From NCBI RefSeq assembly GCF_006345805.1, contig NC_043005.1:64294001-64358000 (forward strand): 64,000 nt of DNA, in the 5' to 3' direction. Shown here one piece after another: positions 39,981 to 55,227 of the stretch (the first letter of the stretch is position 1; each line of letters starts with the position of its first letter). The translations under genes were made by a program, and so were the position numbers. Origin of the DNA: Octopus sinensis (taxonomy: Eukaryota). Under the pieces are notes generated by a model. That model saw only the letters and a list, made by a program, of their open reading frames with translations. It ran no database searches and was not told the DNA's origin.

Positions 39981-42059
39981 TAATATTGTAATGCTTAAGT
40001 TTATTAGTCTAGTGTAGTTGTTATTGGTGTTGCAACAAACCTTTTTTTGTTTTTTGTAAATAGTCACAAGTTTACTGCTGTTTTTCTTGGGAAAAGTTCT
40101 TTCTTTTCTTAGTAAATTAGTATTGTTTTGTTGCTTGCATAATTTTACTATTCCTTGCCGTATTTCCGTTATAATCCTTATTTTAGTGGCAACTAATTTC
40201 TAAGAATTATCATATGGTTTGTGTTGATTTTCGCAGTAGTAGTTTCATAGTTCTTATATCTATTATCTTTTCTTTTTCTTTCTACATTAGTAATATTGTT
40301 GATGTTATTATTGTAGGAGTAGGTGGCGCTATTGTTGTCATTTTGTTGGTGCAGCAACATATATTTTTTTTTATCATTCTTCTTTGTTAGAACTTACTGT
40401 ATATTTTTGTTAGTGTTGTTGATGTTCTTGTTGATTGAGATCAACGTCTTGTTGATAATATTGTCAATGAACACGAAAAGTTGAAAATCACTATTTGCTT
40501 TCGTCTAGTCTTGGTGTTCAGGGTCCCACACGCGACATGACAAGTATTGTAAATTAAAGAATCTTCATGCTTTGATATGTGTACTTGACATTTCACATGA
40601 AAAGGATTCTAGTGCCGTGTGCGATAATAAAAACTTACAAATAAACAAAGCAGATGATGTTGTGGCTGATATAGAGGGGGGGGAGAGAAAAAATACCGTG
40701 AAAGTTAAGATGCGACTGAGAATGGAAACGTGTGTGTGAGTATGTGTTGCATATGTGTATCTTTAATCTGCCTATATATAAATACATATATATGTGAGCG
40801 CGTGTGTGTGTGCGTATACGCAAACACACACACTGACACGCTCACATAGACATTGTTTTCGTTCTTTTTGTTTTGTTTTTGTTGTTTTGCGTTTTACTTT
40901 TCATTCTGTCATTTTTCTCTCTCATACTCCATCTCTTACAAAGTCAATTTGTTAAGGATTATTTTTTTTATCATACATACAACTTATATTCTCTTTATAT
41001 ATATATATACACACACACAAAGAGAGCTAGAGGGTGGAGAATGGCAGGAGATAAGGAGGAACTTTAGAGATGAAGATGTATAAATAAATATTGGGGCAGA
41101 TTGACAACGTAAATAAAAGAGACTAACCAGCATACAAGGGAGAGCGAGAAAGAGAGAGTGAGAGGGAGAGAGAGAGAGAGAGAGAGAGAAAATGTGTGTG
41201 AGAGAGAGATAGAGTAATAGGACGATCAAGGTAGTGAGAAACAGAGTGAAGGAAGGATGGAGATGAAGAGAGACAAGCAGAGGAAAAGAAAGTTTGGATG
41301 AGATAAAAAGAAATAATAAAGATATGGGAGATTGGGATTTTGTGAAGCAGAGAGGAGAGGAGAAAGCGATAGAAATGAAATATTGTAATTTGGAGATCAA
41401 GTGAACAGCGAAAGAAAGTGTTTAAAAAGAGAGAAAGTATATATGTGTATGTAAGAGAGAGAGAGAAAGAGAGAGAGCGAGAGAGAGATTTGGTGTGAGA
41501 GAAAGTAGTGAACTAAAAACCTACAGCGTATGGTAGTGTCAAAATTGAATTATGTATAGACCTAGAAGAGAGAGAAGAATTATGCAGAAAAAAATAGGGG
41601 AAGAGAAAGGAGAATGTGGTACGAAAGAGAGATTCATACATAATTCCATTGAAGAGGTTCTTGAAGTATATATATGATGATATATAGTTTATAGTTATTC
41701 ATGAAAGTATAACGAAATTCACTGCTATTCAAACATGCTGACACACATATAAACATTTGCGTGCAACGCTCAGAAAGATGCGTAATGGGTTGTGAATGAC
41801 TTGTGCGAGGAAGGGTTTTGCACACTAGTCATAATACACAGCTTGTGAGTCACAATCGAACCGTGAGCTGGTAATCACCCTTTATTACATGAAAATAATA
41901 GATGATTTGGTAAGACTCTCAACCACCAACAACAATTCTGTAAAGCACAGCTCGGTATTTACACTCAACATTCATTGCTTATGATCAGAGCAAACTCAAA
42001 GATTATGAATAGTAATTAGCTATAAAGTGAACGGCTAAAAATATAAATGCAAATATAAA

Positions 42060-42452
42060 GGCGCAGGAGTGGCTGTGTGGTAAGTAGCTTGTTTACCAAC
42101 CACATGGTTCCGGGTTCATTCCCACTGCGTGGCACCTTGGGCAAGTGTCTTCTACTATAGCCCCGGGCCGACCAATGCCTTGTGAGTGGATTTGGTAGAC
42201 GGAAACTGAAAGAAGCCTGTCTTATATATGTATATATATGCGTGTGTGTGTTTGTGTGTCTGTGTTTGTCCCCCTAGCATTGCTTGACAACCGATGCTGG
42301 TGTGTTTATGTCCCCGTTACTTAGCGGTTCGGCAAAAGAGACCGATAGAATAAGTACTGGGCTTACAAAAGAATAAGTCCTGGTGTCGAGTTGCTCGATT
42401 AAAGGTGGTGCTCCAGCATGGCCGCAGTCAAATGACTGAAACAAGTAAAAGA
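42060..42452 (+). mobile_element. Full-length SINE type C
   Basis: Complete head, CORE-like block, internal (TA)(TG) microsatellite, and tail ending GACTGAAACAAGTAAAAGA. Confidence 0.9.
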
Positions 42453-42847
42453 GAAAAGAAAGAGAGAGTATGATATCTACGTGCACAGGCTAAGAGAAAA
42501 TGGAATTTAACATATCGTTAGTTAGACGATGTGTCAATCCCAAGTGGGGGAGGTGACGTGATGTTGTTGAATGTTTATAAATGATAATTTGACAAATTAA
42601 TTCGTTAGAACTTCCTTTCGGTAATCGATTAGAGGTCGGCCTGGATACGATAAATACCTGATTTAATTCCCGTAGGAAGATATGTCCTATTTCTTTGGTC
42701 TTATTTAAAATCTTATCTGTTGACGTTATCTGTCTATCTATTTATCTCTCTATCAACATACACACACACACAGACACACACGTACTCACACACACAGACA
42801 TACACACACACGCGCGCATTTATATATATATATATATATATATATCT

Positions 42848-43077
42848 TGGCAAGCTGGCAGAAACGTTAACACGCCGGGCGAAATGCGTAGCCGTATTTC
42901 GTCTGCCGTTACGTTCTGAGTTCAAATTCCGCCGAGGTCGACTTTGCCTTTCATCCTTTCGGGGTCTATTAAATAAGTACCAGTTACGCACTGGGGTCGA
43001 TATAATCGACTTAATTTCCTTTGTCTGTCCTTGTTTGTCCCCTCTATGTTTATCCCCTTGTGGGTAGTAAAGAAATA
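42848..43077 (+). mobile_element. SINE type D monomer
   Basis: GGCAAGCTGGCAGAAACGTTAAC head through GTAGTAAAGAAATA, followed by (TA)n. Confidence 0.88.
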
Positions 43078-43093
43078 TATATATATATATATA

Positions 43094-43346
43094 TCTTGTT
43101 TGTTCCTTTGAGAGCCATGCCTGGCCCTTAGGGCCGGTTTCCTTAGCGTATAGGTTCCCCACCTGGACGGGATGCCAGTCCGTCGAATGTGAGCTGCAAG
43201 ATGCAGCTGAAGTTCGCCATTACCTTCTGCCGGAGCCGCGTGGAGCTTAGGTATTTCACTCATAAACACACATCGTCCGGTCTGAGATTCGAACCAGCGG
43301 TTCCTCGACCGCGTGTCCGCTGCTCTAACCACTAGGCCATGTGCCT

Positions 43347-43350
<4 letters not shown>
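43094..43350 (-). mobile_element. SINE type A, tail-to-tail with the type D copy
   Basis: ctctaaccactaggccatgtgcctcca is the reverse complement of the A head; cacctggacgggatgccagtccgtcg is the reverse complement of the tail motif. Confidence 0.85.
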
Positions 43351-43426
<76 letters not shown>

Positions 43427-44987
43427 ATTCAAAGCTGGATTCTAGCTATGATGACTAATTAAACCTAATACCAATAATTTGGTCTTACCGCATAGCTACT
43501 CAGGGAAAAAAAAACACCATATACTATAACCATTATGAGCATTCCTCAACTGATCTCTTATCGACCACCTGTAACATTTAGCCTTCAGTTCTATTTACAT
43601 GTTGTGTCGATGTATAAATGTATAAATGTCGCAATCTGAACTTTGCCACTTTATACTTTTATTCTATTCTGCATTCATAATTAGGCGCGCGCGCACACAT
43701 GTACATACACACATATGATATAATATAATATGTGTCTAAATAACTAACATGTAAGGATTTGATTAGAGCTCACTATGTTCTATTACAATACGAAAATGTT
43801 GCTAGAAAAGTAGCTCATGCTATATATATACGTTGCCCTATGGTTTGAGTTTATTGGTTGCATGATCCAGATTATATAATGCGAGAAAGAAACATTTATT
43901 TAAAAATTTCATATTTTTACAATTGTTTAGGTAGCAATAACAATATGCACCACTTCAATAGAAGACAGAAATTTCAAATAAATAAACTTTCAAATAAAGA
44001 AAAGAATTCTTTCAGAAAAGGTGACTGTCAGGTAAAAAACACACCATAAAAGAATTTATACAATAAAAGTTATATAAAAACCAAAAGAAAGAAACAAGTA
44101 AATAAATAAATGTAGGAGACAATAAACACGAAAATACGACAGCCATGTTGTTGTTAACGAAGAAAAAGTGAGGAAAGAGAGGCGCATACAAACACGCGAT
44201 CACAAACAAAGACAAACACGCACACACGAGGACAGAAGTAGATACGCGACAGAAAGAAAGATAGTCATTTCATAGTTTGTTTACGCTGCTGCTATACATT
44301 AGAGAAAAGTATATATAAATCTATGTATGCACACATATTCAAATGTACATCATGCCTACTTACACTTTGTAAGGTTCAAAATATTATCTAGCGCAGTAGT
44401 AATTTACCCGCCTGCTCATATTTGAAAGTATAACAGCTTATAATTAAATCTAGTTGTCATTCCCTACTGAATACGGGGTTCTTATTCCATAGACTATTTG
44501 AAGATTTCCGTTAAGATAACCTTTTCTTTTATCTTACCTTCAATACAACCTGTTTTTTTTTTTTTATTATTATTATTATTTCTGAACATTTGAAAAGACT
44601 ACAAAGAGAATGTGTGCTTCGTAGAGAAGTTTCCATTAACGTAGCCTGTTGACGTTTCAACCAAGGACTATGTATTCTCGATTCCGTTCACCCTCAAGCT
44701 GTAGATGTTCTGGTTGAGTGAAATAGGATTTCTTTCGTTCCTCTTCTTAATTATGTATCTCTGCACTAAACTCAGTATCCGATTAAATCTTCGCGATATG
44801 ACATTTTAGATGATCCTTTGGTTAATTCATTTGTGTCATTGTGAGTTACTTTAGTGAACAGGTATTTTATTGCCTAACTGCAATTTGTTGTTAAATTTCA
44901 TTTGTTTTTAGATATTGGGTTTGATATCTAATTAAACACTTACAGCAGAAATATTAACATCACTTGAATTATGAATTGATCGACATA

Positions 44988-45382
44988 TCTTTATATATAA
45001 AAGTAAGGTTGTATGTCTGTCTCCTATGATTTAGATTCCTAACTACTCCCACATTTTGCGGTGCAGTTTAACCAAAACCGGGTATCTTATAGTCGTGATT
45101 CATATCGAGCCCTTCTGGGTATTAGCGCGCGTCTACGATGAGTCTACGATTTTTAAAAACATTTACCATCATTTTTTCCATTTTAATGCATTTTTCGGTA
45201 TTATATAAGGGAAATAACTCTCTAAAAATGTCTACGATGAGTCAACGATTAAAAAAAAATTTACCATCATTTTTTTTCCATTTTTAATGCATTTTTTGGC
45301 TATTTTTTGGCTATAACTCTCTAATAATGCTTATATAGTTATTTCCCTTACAAACCCGAGTAACGCCGGGCGATACTGCTAG
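44988..45382 (+). mobile_element. Non-autonomous Helitron-like element, copy 1
   Basis: Inserted as A|TC...CTAG|T. 5' end TCTTTATATATAAAAG; 3' end cccgagtaacgccggg hairpin then CTAG. Second copy at 62474. Confidence 0.8.
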
Positions 45383-45786
45383 TTTACTATAAAAGTAGCG
45401 TCGTTTACTGAGCAGCATTTTCTTAATTTCAACAGTACTCTGGTATCGCTCTTAGGAGTTAATTCTGTGTCTGTTAAAAGAAGAAATTAAGCAAAGTTTG
45501 TAATAATCTACACTAGGTTTCAGTTAATATAAGAAAATATTGCAGAGGTAGTCTAGGTTTAAAATGAAAGGGAGGAATAGTGAAGCATAAATAAGACTCA
45601 CACTATAGGGGATGAGTTTCACATATAAATAAACATTGATATCATTTCCATTTTTAAAAACAATTACGATTTCATTCGACTATAAAATTTAACCTGCACG
45701 TTAAAGAACGCAGTAACTGAATTTACCAAACCCTGGATTGTTCTGACATTTATTTAATTTGTTTTCTTTTTTCTTTTTTTGAATAG

Positions 45787-45973
45787 TCAACGAAACTTCA
45801 AGTGATGCACATAGAAACAAGAGTTTCTAAGCAAGCCGGCTCAAAGTTTGATGTGTTCATCCAATGCATGGGCAAAAAAGTTAGCATCAACCAGTGTATA
45901 GAACTGCTCGACAAGAACTCAAAAGTCCATAGTACAACCATCTTGGATGAATCAGCAAAAGAGAAAGTCAGAG
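45787..45973 (+). CDS. TH: Tyrosine hydroxylase exon (rest of ACT domain)
   Basis: Long T tract then aatAG at 45785-45786; donor GAG|GTAAGA at 45974. 187 nt, phase 0-1: STKLQVMHIETRVSKQAGSKFDVFIQC...DESAKEKVR. HIETR matches the ACT motif HLETRP of aromatic amino acid hydroxylases, and the frame continues from the previous exon. Confidence 0.92.
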
Positions 45974-46617
45974 GTAAGATTTTATTTATTCATTTGGTTT
46001 CCTTCTCATTTTTTTTTTTTTATCGCGATTCAATATAGAAAAAAAAATCCATTTTGATCCATGTCGTACAAATGACAATGTAGCAACGACAACAAGAACG
46101 ATTTTTAAAAAAATAATGTAAACATTTTCCGAACAATTGAAATATTTGAAATATAGATCCTGTTGATCAATTCGGTTTACGTGAAGCAATCAACAATAAC
46201 TTCAATGACATCGTTGGCTATAGGGGATTTCTAAACACATTTGGTTTCTATATCACTAAGCCACGGTTACTAAGCAACTGTACTACCTACACTGATCGTT
46301 CACATATTTACAGAAATACGGCAAAACATGTTCAGCTCCAGTGAGTCGTCAATACGCTTTTCTGCACATCAGCATCAATTTTCAATTTTCATTTATTCTG
46401 CTTCTTTATTGCATATTGCTCTGTATACAGACTGATGACAGATGCACAGTTGCTATTATATGTTACTCTACCTATGCATGGACATATACATACATACATA
46501 TACATATATATATACTACATACAGTCATACATGCATGTTTATTACATAAACATCATACATAAATCTATTGTAGATTTTATATATACGTTTATGCGTTTGC
46601 GTGTGTATATATATACA

Positions 46618-46657
<40 letters not shown>

Positions 46658-47127
46658 CATATGTGTGTGCGTCAGTGTATGTGCGCCAGCGCGTGTGTTT
46701 ATATGTATGTGCATGTGTGTGTCTGTATGTCTGAGTATGTATGTGTATGTCTGCTTGTGCGTGTGTTTGTGTGTGCATTATGTCTACGGACATATGAGAG
46801 TTAATGTACGCGAGAGGAAACACCACAACAACACCACAACAACCTAATTTTTTGTAAATAACCTAATCCACAGGTGGGGAAAGAAGCTTCTTAAAATATT
46901 TTGGAGGTGGGGAAGCTGTGTAATTACATTCATACAAGCAGGTATTCACAGAAGATGGATACTAATATTCTTCAATGAGAGTGAAACGAAGGGGAGGATG
47001 GGAATATCATGTCTGTTTGTGTCTATATGCATGTCGGTGTTTGAGCGTTTATGTTCGCATGAGCTTATGAATATGTGGGGGCGTGTGTGTGTGTGTATTT
47101 GTGTTGCCCGAAATCTTTCTGAGATTA

Positions 47128-47232
47128 TTTGAGGTAATATGCAGCTCACTTATCTTTATTTGTCTTTATTTCTCCTCCTTTGAGGTAATATGCAGCTCAC
47201 TTATCATTATTTGTCTTTATTTCTCCTCCTTT
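47128..47232. repeat. 51-bp tandem duplication
   Basis: tttgaggtaatatgcagctcacttatc...tttctcctcc occurs twice (starts 47128 and 47179) with one mismatch. Confidence 0.9.
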
Positions 47233-47636
47233 ATACACACAATTTCCCCATTTTGTCAGCATTTATACTTCAAGCGATTTTCTGTTTAGATTCGCAGAAC
47301 AGACGTATGAGCATATGAAAGACTGTGTTAATGTTTCACTGTAACGTAACAGTCTTTTTTTTCAGGATCTCTCGGTAAACAAGAATATTTTGCATGAATG
47401 AATCACTTTATACTTTTAGTTCTCAATTTATATTTATTGAGCAAATGTTACGTAGGGTTCCTGAAATATTTCAGTGCAGCATTTCCTTCACGATGTTTTG
47501 ATGTCATTGATTGAGTGACGCTGGATATTTTAAGGAATTTGCATTTTGTTGTCAGTGAATGTTCTGCAATATTAAGGCAGTATTTATAAGTATCTATCTA
47601 TCTATCTATCTAGCTAGCTAGCTAGCTATCTATCTA

Positions 47637-47712
<76 letters not shown>

Positions 47713-47742
47713 ATATATATATATCTGTCTATCTATCTATCT

Positions 47743-47836
<94 letters not shown>

Positions 47837-47913
47837 TATATATATATATATCTGTCTATCTATCTACCTGTCTATCTATCTTTCTATCTATCATCTATCT
47901 ATCTATCTATCTA

Positions 47914-47971
<58 letters not shown>

Positions 47972-47989
47972 CAGCCGAAATTGCGAAGA

Positions 47990-48128
47990 TAATCTGGTAC
48001 TTGACTGAGGAAAGAAAACTTCGAATGACCCGTCCTAGTTTTCTTTGTATCGTCTATCTGGATGTTTTGTTGTCCCTTTTTGTATCACCTAGATGTCCGG
48101 ATGTTTGCGTTCTTGTCCCATTTTGGAT
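47990..48128. mobile_element. Probable Penelope-like repeat fragment between microsatellites
   Basis: cagccgaaattgcgaagataatctggtacttgactgagg... Recognised only loosely as an octopus repeat. Confidence 0.35.
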
Positions 48129-48139
48129 AGATATATGGC

Positions 48140-48185
<46 letters not shown>

Positions 48186-49778
48186 TATAGATAGATGCAG
48201 ATGGAGAGAGAGGGAGAGATAGATGCAGACGGAGAGAGACAGAGACAGAGAGAGGGAGAGATGTAAACTTTATTGTTTCACGCTTGTATAACTTAGCTAA
48301 AAGATTACACTTTTCAACAAGCCCTCGTATATATTCCTTGAATGGTAAGAATTTGAACCATACATGCTGTCTGTAGTATGTGCAACGCAGGGAAAATAAG
48401 AGATATATACTTCGTATATTCTGCAGAGACAAAGGGCTTCCTGAATATCTTACGGACACGCTGCAAGTTTCATGCAAAATACGTTTTTTCCCGAAACATC
48501 TGGTCTGTTAAAAGGAAATAATGATTTTTTCTGTAGCGTAATACTTAGACTTCTTTCATTTTTATATTTTCATCATATTTTCATCAATTGTTAGCTTCGT
48601 TTCATTAACTTCTTTATTGACACCGTGTTTATCTCATTTTCTTTCCATCAGTCCTTTTATCAGTTCTTATCTCACCGTATTTCAATCATTTATTATTTTA
48701 TTATCATTCTTTATTTATCACCTTAAATATACATTAGTATGGAGAGCTTATAACAATAACGTCACACACTATTTCCTAGAAATTATACAGCTAAACTAGC
48801 CTATGGGCCTTGCTTGAGCAAAGAAAAGATAAAGAAACACGTAGGTTGCTGTTGTATAGTAGGAAAAACATATCGTGTGGTGGGGGACAAATGGAAATTT
48901 AAGACACACCAGGAATGTAAGAGTATTGGTCAAACGAAATGGTGATGGTGTGATGAGAAAGGAATTCTCTGATATAAAATGCGAGAGACGATTGGAGTCC
49001 ATGGGTAGGCAGGTTTGCCCGAAGATTAACGTGTCAGAAACGGTTCGCCAGTGTAAACTCGAATATTCCTGGGAAATATAAAAATTTAATATGTAATGTT
49101 TCAATAGACATTGATGTCGTTTTTATTCAGTTCACATAATTATTTAATTCATTCGAAACTGTCATTTGTAAAATAGAATTTTCATTATAATTTTAAAACA
49201 CATAAAATGTTCTAATAAAATGTAAATCAAACTATTGGCTTCTAAATTATTATTATAATGATGCTAATGTTTACATAACAAAACTCTAAACAAGCATCTA
49301 AACTGACAGAAAATTTATTAAGATTCCAATTTTAATACATCTCAAAAATATGTTTTTGTTCATTTTTAACAACATTTTTGCTGAAAAGGCACACCACATG
49401 TACCACTGGCCAAGTTCCGGGTAAAAAATAGAGACATGTTAGCTATGTCAAATATTGCGTAAAAGAGAGGAGCATTTTCCTCTGGCTTAGTGCCGAACAG
49501 AAAGATAGGAAGAAATCTGTCTGAGTTCTGTATGTTTATGTTCGAAAGCTGATAATAGGTCAGGAAAACAAAGAATGTGAATGCATTTATCTATGTTGGA
49601 CTAAATTTTACCAAAGATGTTGAACAAAAGAATAGGGCTTGTCTAATTTGAAAGCAGTATGACAATTGATTCTCGTAAATTTCTAAGTGCGAATGCCGAG
49701 AACAACGGAAAGAAACTTACAGAAAAGTGTAGCCTAAGGTTCTGATTCCAAGCTAATAGTCCAGGAAACTAACCATTT

Positions 49779-49810
<32 letters not shown>

Positions 49811-49814
49811 TGAA

Positions 49815-50010
49815 ACATCATCATCATTTAACGTTTGTTTTCCATGCCGACAAGGGTTGGACAGCTTGACAGGAACTGGAAAGGTCAGGAGCCGCACCAG
49901 GTTCCATAGCGTGTTTTGGTTTGGTCTCTACGGATGGATGCCCTTTCTAACACCAACCACACCGCAAATTATACTAGGTGCTTTTTTCGGGGCACCATCA
50001 CCAGAGAATT
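49815..50010 (-). mobile_element. RTE-type 3' tail fragment
   Basis: (cat)n then ttaacgtttgttttccatgcc...ggatggatgccctttctaacaccaacc resembles the reverse complement of an RTE/SINE tail ending in (GAT)n. Confidence 0.55.
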
Positions 50011-50061
50011 TTACGTGGCACCAGCTCCTTTCACATGGGGAAATTCTATAACGAGTGGAAG

Positions 50062-50478
50062 TGTAAGTACAACAGTCGAACCAATTCTACTATATGGCTC
50101 AGAAGCCTTGACGTTATCAAAGAAGCTTGAGAGGCGGTTGGATGGAACTTACACTCACCTCCTTATGAGAGCTCAAAATATCTCGCGGAAGCGTCATCCA
50201 ACCAAAGTACAAATATATGGGAAACTACCACCTGTATCATCTCTTGTGAAAGATGGGAGAATCCAGTTTGCTGGACATTGTTGTAGAACTGAAAACGAGG
50301 CAATTTTTACTCTTCTCCTCTGGGATACCAGAGGGCGTACACTCTCCTACCCTGATGTAATCTCCAGGGATACAGGCATCCAGCAACAGGACCTCCGTAA
50401 TGCTATGATGGATCGTGGAGTCTGGCGTAGCATAGTAAATTCCATTGTCTCGACCACGGTCGAACAATGATGATGATG
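50062..50478 (+). mobile_element. 3' end of an RTE-clade LINE, still in open frame
   Basis: TTVEPILLYGSEALTLSKKLERRLDG...IQFAGHCCR...AMMDRGVWRSIV followed by (TGA)n. LLYGSE, FAGH and DR..WR are RTE C-terminal hallmarks. Confidence 0.88.
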
Positions 50479-50988
50479 TAAGTACAATTAATGATGTTAT
50501 CAACGTTCGCAATACACTTCAAAATTACAATGGTAATAGATTAATTACTGCAGTGAGTAGTAACGCTATTACTAAATCGACCTAGTAATATATATATATA
50601 ATATATATATATATACATATATATGATTGTTAAGTTTTAGTTTTATAATAGAAACGTGCTGTTCCTTCGAGACGTAGACCAATCCGTGTGTCGTGTCCAC
50701 TCAATGTGACAGTTATTTTTAGACAAATGATTCCTATCCCCCCTCCACCTTTCCAAACTAATGAGCATTTAGGGATCACCAGATATGAAATACGTGACCA
50801 CTCGCTTGGGATAAGCACTGTAATATCTACCACTCAAAACCGGCCGAGTTTGGGAAGTAGGTTTGTAGATATATCAATTTATTTAGATAGCTAATGTCCT
50901 TTGTCAAGATGTCAGCCTTCGTGTAATTTCTTTTATTCTCCATTATGAATTGCAAGCCCCGTTATGTAATATAGGTATATTATATATA

Positions 50989-51056
<68 letters not shown>

Positions 51057-51630
51057 GCATTTGTGTGTATGTGAAGACATTGAAAGAGTGAGAGAGAGTG
51101 GGAGAGAGGGGTGGCTCAGATACGCATGATATATATATATATATATTATATAATATATATAAAACTATATATATATAACTATATATATATATAAACCTAT
51201 ATATATATAACTATATATATAAACCTATATATATATAACTATATATATAAACTATATATATATATAACTAAATATATATATATATGATGTGCATATATAA
51301 AGAGAGGGGGAGATGAAAAGATAGATAATGAGCTCGGGCGGGCGCAGGTGTATGTGTGTGTGTGTGTGTCTTGCATGTCTGTGCGTGTTTTTGCTTCTGT
51401 TTATGTAGGCAACGATACGAATAAATCCATACTGTTCATTCGCGCATGTAACCTTGAGGCGGCTAGTCGCCTTCTGTCGATATCTGCTTGAATGTACGGT
51501 ATAGATTTAATTTTCTAGTTACTTACACACGCATGTAACTATTCCATACATTTCCTCCACAAGCGCTTATTGACCATATAAATGTTTACAATATATAACA
51601 CGTAAACCATAAAACACTAAGTCAGCACAT

Positions 51631-51706
<76 letters not shown>

Positions 51707-54700
51707 TTACATACATACACTCTAATGAAATGAAGAGGTGTTTGTTAACGCTTTAATACTAAGTAAGCGGAAACGGTCAGCAGAAAACCGTGACATCTTC
51801 CGGTAGATTTACGTAGATAAAAGAGAATGAAAATGAAGATAAAGCCTTTACTAACTTAGTAGACTTTTAATAACGAGTTTTGTTGTTGCAGTTTCGGCCT
51901 GGCAGAAATATACCCTTCATCTGCTCCACTTTCTTCAATTACTTGCTAAATTGTATTAATTACATAGATGATTATTAGTGGTTAGGGTTACGTCAATTAG
52001 AAATATACCCAGTAAACTGGACCTAATCCGAAATTGAACCTCAGTCACGAACTTGACTTACAAGCAGTTTATTTTCTATAGTATTCACTCAGATATTCGA
52101 TTGTATTTGTCACCGAAAAAAGAAAGAGTGTGATGTTCATACGCTACCTGAAAGCTATCATTGATATAAAATCAGGTCGTATACTGTGCGCTCTTCTTTT
52201 TATTACTAATGTTGTTGTTATGTTACTGATGATGAGAAGGAAAAAAAATTGAGGAAAAAGTAGAAAAATAAAAACTGGAGGAAGAGAAAATGCGAAGAGA
52301 TGGAGGTTACTACCGCTGCAATTGGGAATAATCCCACATCAAAGAAGATTCTTGTTTTTCTTTTTTTATAGATCTGTAATAACTGTCATTATTAATAGAC
52401 CACTTATAGTGTAGAAATCAGAGAGGAAGGAAATGAAATAAAACCAACGTCGGTAATAATATGTTATTAAGTGAACGTGTATCGAATGTTCGTAAATTTT
52501 TGCGCCGTAATATTGCTTGCGTTCTGTTTCTGTTTTTGTTGTCAAAGATAAGATCACCATTATTGATTAGAATGAGTAAAGAACTTTCGCATAGTGGCTA
52601 GATTACAATAATTCGGTAGATGTTAATACTGTTTTTTTATCAACCAGAAAGAGAGAAAAACAGTGCGTGAGACAGAAAATGAAAGGAAAAAAAATAATAG
52701 TTCTGTATAAAATGCTTGGAACAATTATGTCTCAAAAACCCTTTTGTGAGGCGTCATTTCGATGGTGCTAATATGGTACAATATAGACGTAATTTGTGTT
52801 TATTGATGCTAATTCATGTTGAAGAAATTGTTTAGAATAAAATTCTAAAGAATTCTGTGAAATTCTTCAGAGCAACTATACTTCAAAACCTTGAGAAATT
52901 TTCCAAATATTATTATATGAAATTCTAGTTGCTAAGCATTACACGATTTAAATTCTGGTTCGATTTTACATTGGTGGAAATTCATTTTCCTTGTGCCGCT
53001 AACGTTTTTGGAAATTTATAAAGTCCAAAGTTTCCTGCCTCTTCGAACATATATTGACTTTGTCTCGTAAGATGTAAATAATATAGTGTATGCGCAAAGA
53101 AAATCTCCAGCACTAGAAACTTGAATTCTCTGAGTATGATTTACTTCACTGGGCATTTATTTATTATTTATGTTCAGTAACCTTTCTAAGGGGTGGACAT
53201 ATGTAGTCCTTTTCAATACTTTCAAGGCCTCTGAAACTGATGAAATGGAAGAGTGTTGGCTTCGCACGCAAGATTTAAAGATTTAAATCCGCATACAACA
53301 CCCAGTGGAGTGCTGGCGATGTTACAATGAGAGATGAATTAAGTCTACCGTCCAAGAGCATTAACAGTTCCTTTGAAAGACTCCTACACAATTTCCGTTT
53401 AATAAATTTACCTTACAATGCTTTGATCGACCCGAAACCACGTCGTTGTGAAACTACCTTCGATACACCATAACCGTTAGATGTAGACTTTAATTAGATC
53501 GAGAGTTCAAATTAAATGTAAAGACGTTTGGATTTCACTTGTCTGATGTTGAAACCCAGAATCAAATCTGACCTCTAGGTGGATTGAGGTATCCTGTTCA
53601 GAAATATGATGAAATGCCAGCAGAGAATCTGGATGCATGACTCATCAGCAAACGATTCAACTACTTAACTAAATTTGACTTTCTTACCTCTAACAGGAAT
53701 AATCATTAAAACAACTCATAACTACTATCGAAAAGGTAAATCTGCCAACTTACAATAACTGAGTTTAAATAATTTAATTGATGATTTACTCTTTGCTGCA
53801 TTCTTTTATAAACCGACGTTCAACAACGTTTGAAGCTGACGTCCATCTCTTGCATCAGGAGCTTTCTGTTTCCTCACACCATAATGGCATGTACTGGTGA
53901 AGTTACCTCAATCAACGATCGCTCCCACTCAATTTACGTCATAATCAATTTTCGCCACTCTCTTTCCCCAAGTGGAATCCGCATGCAGTCTAGACATCTA
54001 CCAAATCAGCACTCACTATATGAACTGAGACTTCAAAATAACGCCCTTTAATGCAATCAAGTTAATCTAATCTCGTTAAACAGACACTAAATTACAATTA
54101 CTACTCAAATGAAGAAAACATTATTGCATCTACTACGCACGGTCAGAAAGTAACTTGATTTTTCAAAGTTGTTATCAACACTAGGCCCTCGCCACTACTT
54201 ATGATCTCACCTGGAGAATGCAGATACACAACATAACCAAAAATTGAATCATATTTCTCTTCAAAACTTTCTTCTTCAAAACAACAAAATTCTTCACACA
54301 CACTCCCCTCCAATCACTTACTCTGTACACTTCTCAGGTGCGAACCACGATGAAGCATTGTACTAACGTCTGTGATCCAGTTGGTGCTACATCCAAATAA
54401 AGACAATATAAAGATGAGGACATATATCCGTCAAATGTAAATTATATAAATTATTTTGAGGTATTCAGCTCTTTCTCTCTCTCTCTCTTTCCTCTCTCTC
54501 TCTCTCTCTCTCGATGTATATATGTAGAGTGAGAGAGAGAGAAACCTGAAAATTGTATATTTAACATCAGAGAACCTGAAAAATAAGTTGAATCTTGTAT
54601 TGTTTCGTTACACCTGAAAATATGATTTTCACCAGAAAGCAACATTATATCCATTAGCTTTTAAAAATTCTCTGCAACGAAATATTGACGAAACGACTTC

Positions 54701-55227
54701 TCTCCTTTCCAGTTCATGTAATACACACTTTCTTCCCTTCATATTAAGACGCGTCAAGTTGAGACGTAATAACTATAATGAAGGAGCATGCTATGATAAA
54801 GCTCTTTTACAACGGGCATAACGCATTTCCTATCAAGAGATTTGTATTCTTGCTTGTAGACTTTGTAAAGCTATTATTTTTCTATGATTACTTCATGTTA
54901 CCTTGCTATGGACACAGTTGGATAAAGAAGTATACGTATGCGCGTTATCTAACATATATCTAAATATCAACGTCTTCAAACATTGCCATAATATAGTAAG
55001 GGAATAAGATATATTTTCCAAGAACTTTAAGCTTCTAGTCACTGGACTCCCGAAACAACATTGCCGATATCCTGGCCTGGTTTTCTTTCAAACAAAAATA
55101 TCAAAATCACGTCTATACTCTAGTATTCACATTGTATTCACAAGCCTTCGTATTTGACTTTTAAATATTATTGAAAACATATAATTTTGACACCTGACGT
55201 TGTTTAAGACATATTACTCTTAATCTC

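Noticed and set aside
49880-49887. Second AAAGGTCA (NBRE) motif
   Set aside because: It lies inside a retroelement tail and shows that such 8-mers occur by chance.
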